NCBI GenBank assembly: GCA_047495785.1
Contig: JBLDXI010000049.1
Span: 1 to 64,000, forward strand
Length of the DNA: 64,000 bases
Reading direction: 5' to 3'
Source of the DNA: Lepidodermella squamata
Taxonomy: Eukaryota; Animalia; Gastrotricha
Under the pieces are notes generated by a model. That model saw only the letters and a program-made list of their open reading frames with translations. It searched no databases and was not told the DNA's origin. This document shows positions 36,267 to 46,856 of this stretch, one piece after another. Positions within the stretch are counted from its first letter, which is position 1, and the number at the start of each line of letters is the position of its first letter. The translations under genes were made by a program, and so were the position numbers.

Positions 36267-38032
36267 AACTTTGATTTTTCGACAAACTGAACAGAAAATA
36301 TTTCAGAATTTTTTTTGCCGGTGGTCAGCGAAGCCTGGGCGTTTTTATAGGCTAACAGCGGATGACACTCATAAGTGCACCAATTTTTTTCCCGCGATCA
36401 ATTAATTCAAATTTGAGTGCAGAAAACATGGAAAATATTTTTTAGAGGTTGAAAATTGATGCATATACGGAAGGTGGGTTATACGACATGTTTGACATTG
36501 GTGAAAGCATATGAATAATAATGTTTTTGATCATTCCGTTTCATTGTCTCTTACGTCCACTGTGAAAAGAAAAACATGTTTTTGACCCGTTTTTTATTCC
36601 CTCGATATTATGGTGGCATAATAAATGAATTGCATTGCCGTTTAATTAAGGTGACAATAAACGGGGTCAAACTGGCGGCGGGCATTTATGGCGTACAGAC
36701 AATAAAAAACAGGCTGATTGGAAGCAATAATCGATTTTCAGAGAAAGGTTAAAAACAGGATTTCTCTTTGGGATCCCATCTTATTAATCTTAAAATATAA
36801 ACGAATGAATGTGGGCATTTTGTACGTCCTGAAATCGAAGAAATTAGTCGGCAGGGTATCTACCTGATTATTAGGTGAAATATCGGGTAATTTTTGAAAG
36901 TATAAATATGCCACTTTAATTATAAGAGGAATTTCAATTCGCGGTTCATTAAAAAATGACTTGCATACATAGGCGAATGACTTGCAGGGCAAAACTACTA
37001 AAAATTGCCAAATTTGCAATTAAATACAAATTAAATTTGCAAATACTACCAGAAATCCGATGCTTACTTTCGTTATTCGAATCGTGCAGTCCAAATTTCG
37101 CGATTCAATCGTGATTAACAACAATTCGTGCGCATCAAAATGCCGCATTGGACACAGAAACCACGGTTAAACAATACCGTGGGGTAAATTGGCCGTAAAA
37201 GTCGCCGTCAGGTCGATTGCACATCGACAAAAACCTTTTTCACGAACTTTTTTCCGAACTTCCTTGCCACCTGAGCTGCACATAAGACTAAATCGCCATA
37301 CAAAACTCGCTCAATCACCGAGCCAAAAATCGGGCAGACGTGATTCATATTTTGAAACTCAAATTCGGCTAGCTGCCTGTTATCAAGTTGAGCTAAAAAT
37401 TAAAAACGTCTTGATGTTCAAGGAAGTGGTGTTTTTCGCTATTATTTGAAAACGATCAAAACCATGCCTGAAAACTGAATTTAGACTCATGCAATCGAAT
37501 CAGCGCACTAAAATACCTCTAGAGCTAGTCGTAGATGATAGCATTATATAGACAGTTATCGATTATCGATTATCGTGATTGAATTCTTCGATTCGCGTGA
37601 TGATTGGTAAAACTTCATGGTGATTTTTGAGTTCCTCGCATTAAGCAAACGTATTCCACCTGAAATCGGCAAAATTATCGCAATATTATTGATTATCGAT
37701 TATCGATCAAAATCAATATCGTCTGATTGACACTAAAATTATATCGATGGAACTGATCCAGGGGATCTCGAAAATCAAACATCATTAGTTGTCTGATTTT
37801 ATTTGAGTGAGTTGCGGCCATTTCAATATTTTTAGCCCGAGATGACATTTTCGTAGCCGCGAAATCTAATCAACTCAAATTGAAATTATTTCGAGATTTT
37901 CCATTACATACTAGGTTCTCCTTAAACATTGCAAGTTGAACATTCAAGCCGAGTCGTCTCAATCAAGTTAAAAGGCGCTATCAATTTCCGAAGACAACGT
38001 CAGACCTATAACAATTTTGCATTTGAAACAAA

Positions 38033-41000
38033 ATGTTCCGATGTTCGATTTTGTTAATTTTTCTGGCGATTGGAGCTTCGGCAAAACCCTTCACCCTGGA
38101 AATGTTGAGTTTAATGCCGTTAACAGGCCAAGAACCGTCGGATGCTAGAGCTTGTAAAGCTGCCTCTCAAGTCGTCATCGACGCAGTCAATTCAAAGGCC
38201 GAATTCCTGCCCGATTATCACATCGAATTGAAGGTGAAAGACGAAGGCAAAAGTGCGCACAAAGCGCCTCAAAGCTTCGTTGAATTTCTACGAGATTTTG
38301 AAAATTTCGGACCTAGAAATCGAACCTACATAGCCCCGGTTGTAGTCGGCACATCGATCGCATGTCAAAGTGAGCTGATTTTGTTCAATTTTTAATGGGT
38401 GTGCGCACCCTTAATTTAGGGTTCCAGCATTAATGTGAGAATCCAGCGCTAGATTTCTCCTAAAATATGGTTTTTTTGAATTTCTAGTCTTCACAAGGAT
38501 CTCAAATTTTTTGTTATCATGCCTAATCGATAGACCTTCATATTACGCGTCTTTCGCGCTATGAGCGATCAGTTTAAGAAGTATACTTCGCCCAATAGAG
38601 CCGATATCGATTCCAAGTATCGATTTTAAAATCAGTGATTTTCCCGATATCAGCCATCCTATAATCGATAGTGTTTCTACGTAGCTTAGGGCACCATTTA
38701 GCTAAAATCCTAGGATCAGGGAGGGCATCATTAACGATAAAAAAAACGAAAACGCAAAAATCGCAAAGAATCTCACAAATTTAATGCTGGAACCTCATTT
38801 TTAGTGACCCATTTGTAATTTTTTAATTTTTTTCAGGTGTTGCCTTCACTGTTCGAATGAATAAATTTGTTCAATTCGCCGAGGGCTGTACCGGGCCGTT
38901 TTTGATAGGCCGCCGCTATCTTTATTCAACCTTGTACCGAGTTCAAATGCCCTACGAAAATCTCGCCGTTGCCACCGTTCTCTTCATACAAAATATCGGA
39001 AAATGGCGCCAGGCCGGAATTTTCACATTTTCACCCAACGCAAACGACTACTTGCTAGCCCAAACTACGCAGCGATTGATGATCGAAAATCAGATCGATG
39101 TGTTGTACTACACCAGCGAGGACGATGTGACTGAAGCAACGATGACGGCTATAAAGGAGAGCGGCGCGAGATGCGTTGTTTTGGCTCACGGCCAAGTTTC
39201 ACTTCTCGTCAAATTTCTCTGCCTGAGTTTTCAGGCGGAAATGCGGGCGCCCAACTACGCGTTCTTGGCTAACTTTTACACATATTTTTCGGCAGATAGC
39301 TCTACGTTATCTCTACCGCCTGGTTGCAGTCGAGAAATCGTGATTGAGCAGTTGAAAATCACGTTTTACATCGGCAGTTGGCTAGGCGCGACGAGAAATT
39401 TCGGCAAATCGTGGCTCGGTTACGATTTGCCGTGGTTTGAGAGTCGTGTTTTAGGTATTTTAAATAACACGCGGGTGCCCGACTATCCTCAACGCCATTT
39501 ATGCCACGATGCGACTATGGCAGCTGTTTATACGCTTCATAATACAGATTTGGTGCTCAAATCTCGATTTAATGCGTCGATTCGGGATTTTGGAACGGAT
39601 CCCGATTTGGTACAAGCCATTACCAACCAATCAGCGGCTTCAATGGATTTTCAAGGTTTGGAATTTGACTCAGGAATTTCAAATACATAATTTTTCGATT
39701 AGAATTAAAATTAAAATTTTGAAATTTCAAATTTCAAATTTTTAATCGAATTTTAAATTATAAATTTTAATTTTTGAACGAAGTTTTGAAATTTTTCAAA
39801 TTTTGAAATTTCAAATTAAATTATTTTTAATGTCAGGCCTTCGTATCGGCCATCTTAAATATTCCGAACGGCTCGAACTTGACAGTGAAGAAATGTGGAT
39901 AATTCAGTGGTTGAATGGCACCGTTCGATACGCCTACAAAGTCGAGCGAAAATCTTCCGACTACCGAACCGTCCTGAACGCTACGACCTATAGCCTAATC
40001 AAATCAGAGGGCGCTGTTTGGTTCACAAAATCAGGCCACCCACCCAAAGATTTGACAGAAATTACTGTGATCGAGAAACGTTTTCCACTTCTTTTCGTCG
40101 CCATTGTTATCGCAATCGCAGTTTTGGTGACTGTAATTCAAATTTTCACGGCGCTTAACACATTTGCAAATAGCGATTTAGTGAATTTCTTGTATTTTTT
40201 CGACGTGCCCACTAATTTGACGGCTTTTTTCGGGTATTTCACGCTAAATATCGGCGCAGTTGTCTTCGCCCTGGAGGCGTCAATATTCCGTGATAAATTA
40301 TGCATAATTCAGCCGATTTTTCTCGCCATCGGAATTTCTGCATGCAACGGCGTGTTGTTGTCGAGAATAACCGCCCTTCATCACATGTCGAAAGCCATAG
40401 CTAAGCGCTACCTGGCAAATAGAACAGTTATCAATTTGATTGCAATCGAATTAGCTATTTCTGAAAAATTGGCTCGTTACCGGCCTTTCATGCACATTTT
40501 TTCGCTAGCTTTCCCACTAGCAATTGCGACACTCGCATCAATCTGGTTGATTACCGATCCTTTCACCGTGATTTCCAATTTATCGGCAACATTTTCATCT
40601 GAAGCTATGGAAGGTTATTTTGCGTACAAAACAAGTTACTGCGCTTCTGATAATCAGTTGAAATGGATCGGCGCAATAGGCGCTGCTAACGCATTTCTCC
40701 TTTTCATGTCATGTTTCTCGGCTTACGAGGTACGCAACAAATTGGCGATTTCCACTTTCATTAATTACGAGTGCTACCTCACGCGGATTGCTGTCATTAG
40801 CGCAACAATAATTTTTATTGCGACAACCATCCTCGTGCTGGCTATTGATAGGTCAGCGTTTGATTATCAGCTGATTGCGTTAGCCGTTGGAATGCTGGCC
40901 TATTCTGCGATGACCTGTGCCGCGTTTTATTACCCCGCGCTGACTAGACGATGGCCTACTGAGGAAGAGGTCGATGGCGTGGTCGATTTCTCGGCGACAG

Positions 41001-41041
41001 ATTTTAAACACCAAATAAAACCGTCGCACAAATCGCAATAA
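38033..41041 (+). CDS. Class C GPCR, GABA-B-receptor-like; exons 38033-38369, 38837-39655, 39837-41041
   Basis: Signal peptide; flytrap motif VNSKAEFLPDYHIELKVKD; GHPPKD linker; 7TM with WLITDP, YCASDNQLKW and NYEC. Phase-1 introns keep the frame. Confidence 0.85.
38396..38812. mobile_element. MITE in intron 1 of the class C GPCR
   Basis: Sub-terminal inverted repeats GGTTCCAGCATTAA..TGTGAGA / TCTCACA..TTAATGCTGGAACC; homologous to 42882-43262. Confidence 0.75.
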
Positions 41042-41049
41042 AATTACCG

Positions 41050-41235
41050 TGTACCGACAACTCAGAACTTTTGCTCTGAGTTGTCGCGTAATTTGAGAAA
41101 CCGACAACTCAGAAAAATATTTTGCTATTTTTCTGAGCGACAATTCAGGATTAGCTGCGACAACTGAGAACACGACCGCTTAGAAAATTATTTTAATATT
41201 TTTCTGAGCGACAACTCAGAAAATGAATTCTCAGA
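41050..41235. repeat. Foldback/tandem array of GACAACTCAGAA
   Basis: Repeated CGACAACTCAGAA and inverted TCTGAGTTGTCG. Confidence 0.7.
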
Positions 41236-41371
41236 AAATTATGGGGCGATTCTTGGAATCCTATGGGGATTCGTCTAAAAAACCGCGTATTTATTGAAAC
41301 TTTTCACTCTTTTCCAAGCTGAACGAATTGGTACATTTCACTAAAATATAAGTGTATCTTAATATTGCACT

Positions 41372-41745
41372 CACCCAGTTTCTCTTGCGCGAGACATTAT
41401 GCACAAGGGTGACATTCAATAGACCGAGTTTTCGTTCGATCTTTATAGGACAGAATCGATCAACCTCGAGGGAAAATAAAACAAGAGCAGACAATTTTAT
41501 TGTCCAAGCGACTGAAACTTTCGATCTATTAACGTCTGTCATTGATCTTCAAAATAGCTTACGTGCAATTTTTGAACAATTGAATTTGAACTTGGGCTAT
41601 GCGACACTTTGGGCTATTCGACACGGAAGCGGAGGGAAATTGAATTCCTCGGAAAAAATCCTCACATGCTCGCTGTGCACCGAGCAGTGGGACTCAAAGT
41701 GGGACTCTCTCGGAAGGATACGTAATTGAGAGGAGTTCACAAGCA
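41372..41745 (+). repeat. Left arm of a ~370-bp inverted repeat; the right arm is 44820-45098 plus 49961-50047
   Basis: CACCCAGTTTCTCTTGCGCG mirrors CGCGCAAGAGAAACTGGGTG near 50047. Internal blocks mirror 44820-45098. Confidence 0.75.
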
Positions 41746-41908
41746 AAAAACCCACCTCAATTAGTCTGATTTTTTTCCGGTGAGCTAAAGCCGAGGTTTA
41801 ACCTTCGAATAAACAGGTTACTAAATACCTCATAAATGTCAATTTATTTCAATAAGTTTAATCGATAGTATCAAATAATATAGCTAAATACACGAATTGT
41901 CCACGCTA

Positions 41909-42358
41909 TCAATAATATCCAGATTGCTTTTTACTCTTGTTCTTATCGCCGAATCTGAAAGTCCGGCCTGGTAGTACTACTCTTGACCTGGGCGTCGAAG
42001 TCGATGGAATGGGGGTGAATAGGACGTAAGCCGTCTGTTTAGGGTTCGGGACACGGTTTCCGGCTCTCATAAGGCGGCTTTTGACATCGACGAACTTCAT
42101 TTTAACCTCGGCCGATTCAGAGCCGCCTGCGGGGATAACGCGCCATTCGTTAGTTTTAGAACCGCGGCCAATTTTTGCGGAAATCCCGCGACGCTTGATG
42201 ACCGTATCAAATCTATAAATAATCATGATAATAAAATATAATCTCTCGAAAAAATTATAGGATTTTTACCGATTTTCCACCGATATTCGACCCATGACTT
42301 CGGGGAAAAGAGAGCCGGCGAGCGCGATAAGGCATAATACCAAATTCAAGCCCTGCAT
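41909..42358 (-). CDS. Secreted basic prepropeptide; exons 42358-42270, 42212-41909
   Basis: MQGLNLVLCLIALAGSLFPEVMGRISVENR|FDTVIKRRGISAKIGRG...; phase-2 intron. Confidence 0.75.
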
Positions 42359-42881
42359 TTTTAAGGCTGTTTATTTGAGTTTTCAGTTTCAATAAAACGG
42401 AGACTTTAAAGTTTTTTTTACGAATTTATTACCGGTAATTTGTAGCAAAATACTTCCGGGTCCGCGCAGTCCGCCTCGCTATCGGCTTTTTCCGCGTGTT
42501 TTTTCGGCCTTCGTAGTAGCCATTCACGTATAGTCGTAAATTGATGAGGTCATGCCTGACGTCAATAAAATCTCGAAACAGGAATCAATAAAAAACTCAG
42601 ATCAAATAATGAAACTGTTATTCATGCACGTGGCCTCATTTCGAGCAAAGCAGAGTTTTTGGGCTTTTTTGGGCTTTAAAAACGCACATTGCCCCAGTAA
42701 CCTATTATTAATTAAGGGTAAATATATCCTTTCCCTATGCACGCGTTGTTGATTTGGCTAATTTCGGACAATCCGGTGTGAATAATCAAATCGGGGTCAA
42801 AGTTCGCATAGTACCAGTAATAAATCGGTGGGAAGAATATAAGGGGAACATTTTGATGCTGTCCAAAATGGGTGTGCTAAG

Positions 42882-43262
42882 CGCGCACCCTAAATTTAGG
42901 GTTCCAGCACTAGATTTCCCCTATACATATGATTTTTCGAATTTCAAGTCTTCTCTGGAATCTCAATTTTTTTATCATGCCTAACCGATAGATCTTCATA
43001 TTCAGTTTAGGTACGAGTTATAATTCAGCCTGCAGAGCCGATATCGATTCCAAGTATCGATTTTAAAAATCAGTGATTTTTCCGATATCAGCCGTCTTGG
43101 AACCCAACATTGAAAAATTTTCTACGTATCTTAGGGCACCATGTTGCTATAGTAAAAATTCTAGGTTCGGGGAAGACATCAGTATCGATCAAATAGCGAA
43201 AGCGTCGTTATCGCAAAGATTCTGAAAAAAATTTGGTGCTGGAACCTCATTTTTAGTGGTGC
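42882..43262. mobile_element. MITE, same family as 38396-38812
   Basis: GCGCACCCTAAATTTAGGGTTCCAGCA ... TGCTGGAACCTCATTTTTAGTGGTGC. Confidence 0.75.
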
Positions 43263-43540
43263 AAATATTTGGACCCGTCCGAAATTACGCATCGTGGCTA
43301 AAACGCACAAAAATGGCAGACACTTTCCCAATACAAATCTGTAAAAAAATAATACATAAAACATAACAATAGCCGTATAAATTTTGCTCTTTCTTTTGCG
43401 CTTATTTTCAGCAAAATTTTCAGCAAGAAATTCAGGGCTGTTGTTTTCTTCCTGGACGTTGTTTCTACCTACCAGGATCAAGTAGGAAATAGTTCGAAAA
43501 GAGTCCATTTTACTGAATAATATTTTGTTTTATTAAAAAT

Positions 43541-43882
43541 TCAATTCCCAGCGTTATCCGTCATGTAGCTTAGGGTTCGGATCGGATTTCGCCTCGGTGT
43601 AGGCCGAATAGCCTGCCTTGATTTAGCGAATTGGTTCTTCTTCAAAGAATCACGAATCATCTCCCGCCAAGCTGACACCGCAACGTCATCGTCATCGCTA
43701 TTAGCAAATCGATTTGAAGAACCTGCTGATGTGGACCTATACGAACCTCTTAAAATCGGTGTAATTTTAAGAAAAAATGGTGTAAAAATAAGTGCTTCTT
43801 ACCTTGACAACGGAACGTCGGCTACAGCGTCAGCAATTTGCACCGAAATTAACGAAAAACAAACCACTGCTGCAATCAACAT
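43541..43882 (-). CDS. Small secreted peptide precursor; exons 43882-43803, 43748-43541
   Basis: MLIAAVVCFSLISVQIADA signal; phase-2 intron; ...DDDDVAVSAWREMIRDSLKKNQFAKSRQAIRPTPRRNPIRTLSYMTDNAGN. Confidence 0.65.
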
Positions 43883-45332
43883 ATTGATTAATTTAAATTT
43901 ATATGTCCCTCTAAAATCTAAAATAGGTAAATGAAAACATTTGTGGTTTAGCTTTTACCTTGTCCCAATCAATCAAACGCATCTCTTGGGATTTACCTAA
44001 AAATGCGATGAATATTGAGAACCTGAATATAAATGACTGCTAGTATTGATATTATCGAAACAATTCTACAACAATTTACATTAATTTATTTAGCCTCCCG
44101 CAACTCGATGACTAATAACCGCAGCAGGAAGCGAACTTTCATTCCGCATAATTGATTCCGCAATTATTGAGTTCACGAACATCGCACCCAATAAAAGAAA
44201 TTTAATGAAAGGAAAAAAGATATCCTGTTTGCTCATGCTGACTGGGGTAATATCCCGAAAGAATTTTCGGAATTTTCGATTCGAGTTATTTTTATACTCC
44301 CTTATACAGGAAATCCAACTGCTTCATTTAAGGATTAAGGAAGCTCATTTGAAAATTTGCCGTCGAAAATAGGGCACGCTGCCAATCTGCGGAAAATACA
44401 AAAGAATAGAAGAAGAAGAAGATCGTATTTATTTTTCATACTCAACAATGAACGGCTCATCTCTCAATTGTTCTTCTTATTTTAGATAATATAGGCATCC
44501 ATTTCCGGTTGATTACAGCGCACGTTTTGCCGTGCATAGATTATTACTCTTAATCAAGTGATTTTTCCGGCGCGCATTCATAAAAATCGATAAAAAATCG
44601 AGATGAATCATCTCGGCACACGTGTCACTCTCACATATATCTATGAATATTATAATGACTTTTATCGCTTATTTATCGCAAAAAGAGCGAAAGACGAACA
44701 CTATTGATTATAATTATAGTCCGTTATTTAAAACGTCCGCTTGCGTTCAAAGTCCAGCGCAGTCCGTGGATACCCACATTCGTACGATTTTTTCGAATTT
44801 TAACTCTGTTTTACACCGTACATGAGGCTATTCTCAATTATCGGACATGTCCCATATGAACTGCGGTGCACAGCGATCATGTGAGGAGGACTGGGAATTT
44901 AATTTCTCTTCGCTGCCATGATAAAAAGGCGCGGAAGAAATCTTTGAAAAATCGGACAAAACTGCAAATTATTGTTCAAAAATTGTCAAAGGATCAATGG
45001 CAGACGTTCATTGATCGAGACGTTTAGTCGCTTAGACAATAAAATTGTCTGTTCAAGTTTTGCTTTCACTAACAATGCGAGTTTGATCGATTCTGTCCGA
45101 AATCGCGAAATCGCGAAATCGGGAGCACTTTTTCGTTTTAAAGAGCACGAGCTATTTTTTCCTCTTTTCAACTTAACTTTTATTCTTTTCTAACACTATT
45201 CAATAAAATAACATACTGGCACTAAGCCAACTAAATTAACATAGCATTACCTGCTACTCCCAAACAGTTTCTAAACCTAGGAAGCCGGGCCTAACCTAGC
45301 TTCTTCCCCCCTATTTTATTCTAGAAGCCCTG

Positions 45333-46856
45333 ATGAGTCATTTCGAAGGCTCACAGGAAGCGGATGGTTGGGATTTCCCGAACCAGACTTTCATGGATCA
45401 GTCTGTGGAAGAAGCCAGGACGCAATCTTCACCGATTTTCACCAGAACAGGTGCGACGGGTTCGACAGCGCCGCCCGAGACTGGTTCGAAGACCCGCGGT
45501 GGCGTGAAGAGAGCAGGCGCTCAGAATGCTGGACCGACGAACTCGCCGCCCGCAATGAAGGCCGATTCGAGGCGGGAAGAGAGGCAGCGAGCCATTGAGC
45601 GAGCCACCATTGTGTTAGACGACGCCGATCCTTCTTATAAGGACGATGAAAGTGTTGAATTAGAGCTTAAGCGAGCTGGAAAAGGTTTGCTGAGAATTCT
45701 AAAAATCAAATTTCTGGGCAAAGGTGGCATACGGGTAACTTTTATCACGCCGGAAATGGCCGAGATGGCGATGAAACGCGACGGCTGGCCGAAAGACGCA
45801 TTTGGAGGAAAAGTCCGAGTTCACAGGTCAGGGCTCTTCTACAAGCTCTTTCCTGAGCTAGGACCGCCGCCGGTTGACGCGCAGCAGGTATCTACAAACC
45901 CGCAACAGCGAGCAATAGCCGAAGGAAGAGCAGTTTTCTGCCACAACTTTCCGCAATCCATCACCGCCGAGCAAATCAAGCTACATTGGGCCGAACACGT
46001 GGAGGAAGTTACCGTAATTAGAAAAGACCAGAGATTGACTGTAATGTGCTTCATGAAGACGACGGAATTAGCTGCAAAAATAGTCAGTGGAGGCGGCCTG
46101 GATTGGAAGGGCATTCGAGCCATCGTTGGGAATGAAGTCAAGCTAAAGCTCAACCCTGATCGCTGCAGCAACTGCCAAAGCTTTGATCACACAACAACTG
46201 CTTGCAACGCGGAAACAAAGTGTGGCTGGTGTGCTGAGGATCATTTTACCGCCAAATGCCCAAATCGAAACAAGCTTGAGACCCGACACTGTGCTAACTG
46301 TGACGAACCACATGCGGCTGGTTACCACGGCTGCAAGCACGTCAAAGCAGCTTGGTCAAAAATGGCCAACAAAACTCGTACCGCTATTCACAACATTCTA
46401 GGAGAAGCTTCTCAATCGACTATCGAAGGTCCCAAGAAGCTGCGAGCTGCCCCGCCGCCAACGAGCAACGTCTGGCTCACATTGCAGCATCAGCAGTTGG
46501 CCTCTTCTGCACCAAAACCGCCGCCCGGAGCGAAGCCGCCGCTAGCTGCGGCGTCGCTTACCGATGATCAGTTCCAAGAGCTGATAGACCGCTTGGTGCC
46601 GAAAATTGTCCAGCGAGTCCAAACACAGCTGGCCGACCAAATTCACGCGCTTGTCGAGGCGCAAAACGCGCAAATACGCCAACTCAACGAACGGTTTGAT
46701 AGGTTTTTCGCTCAATTGTCTGTTAAGTTTGAAGAGCGAAATACGCTCTTGAACGGCGACTACTTTGTCAACGTCGCCAACAAGCAGAGCTCAGGGGTAG
46801 GTCATACAGCCGCTGAAAGCAACCAGGGTATGCGACTTTCTACCTCTAAAACATGA
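45333..46856 (+). CDS. LINE ORF1, gag-like nucleic-acid-binding protein
   Basis: Three CCHC knuckles: CSNCQSFDHTTTAC, CGWCAEDHFTAKC, CANCDEPHAAGYHGC. Confidence 0.92.
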   Translation: MSHFEGSQEADGWDFPNQTFMDQSVEEARTQSSPIFTRTGATGSTAPPETGSKTRGGVKRAGAQNAGPTNSPPAMKADSRREERQRAIERATIVLDDADPSYKDDESVELELKRAGKGLLRILKIKFLGKGGIRVTFITPEMAEMAMKRDGWPKDAFGGKVRVHRSGLFYKLFPELGPPPVDAQQVSTNPQQRAIAEGRAVFCHNFPQSITAEQIKLHWAEHVEEVTVIRKDQRLTVMCFMKTTELAAKIVSGGGLDWKGIRAIVGNEVKLKLNPDRCSNCQSFDHTTTACNAETKCGWCAEDHFTAKCPNRNKLETRHCANCDEPHAAGYHGCKHVKAAWSKMANKTRTAIHNILGEASQSTIEGPKKLRAAPPPTSNVWLTLQHQQLASSAPKPPPGAKPPLAAASLTDDQFQELIDRLVPKIVQRVQTQLADQIHALVEAQNAQIRQLNERFDRFFAQLSVKFEERNTLLNGDYFVNVANKQSSGVGHTAAESNQGMRLSTSKT

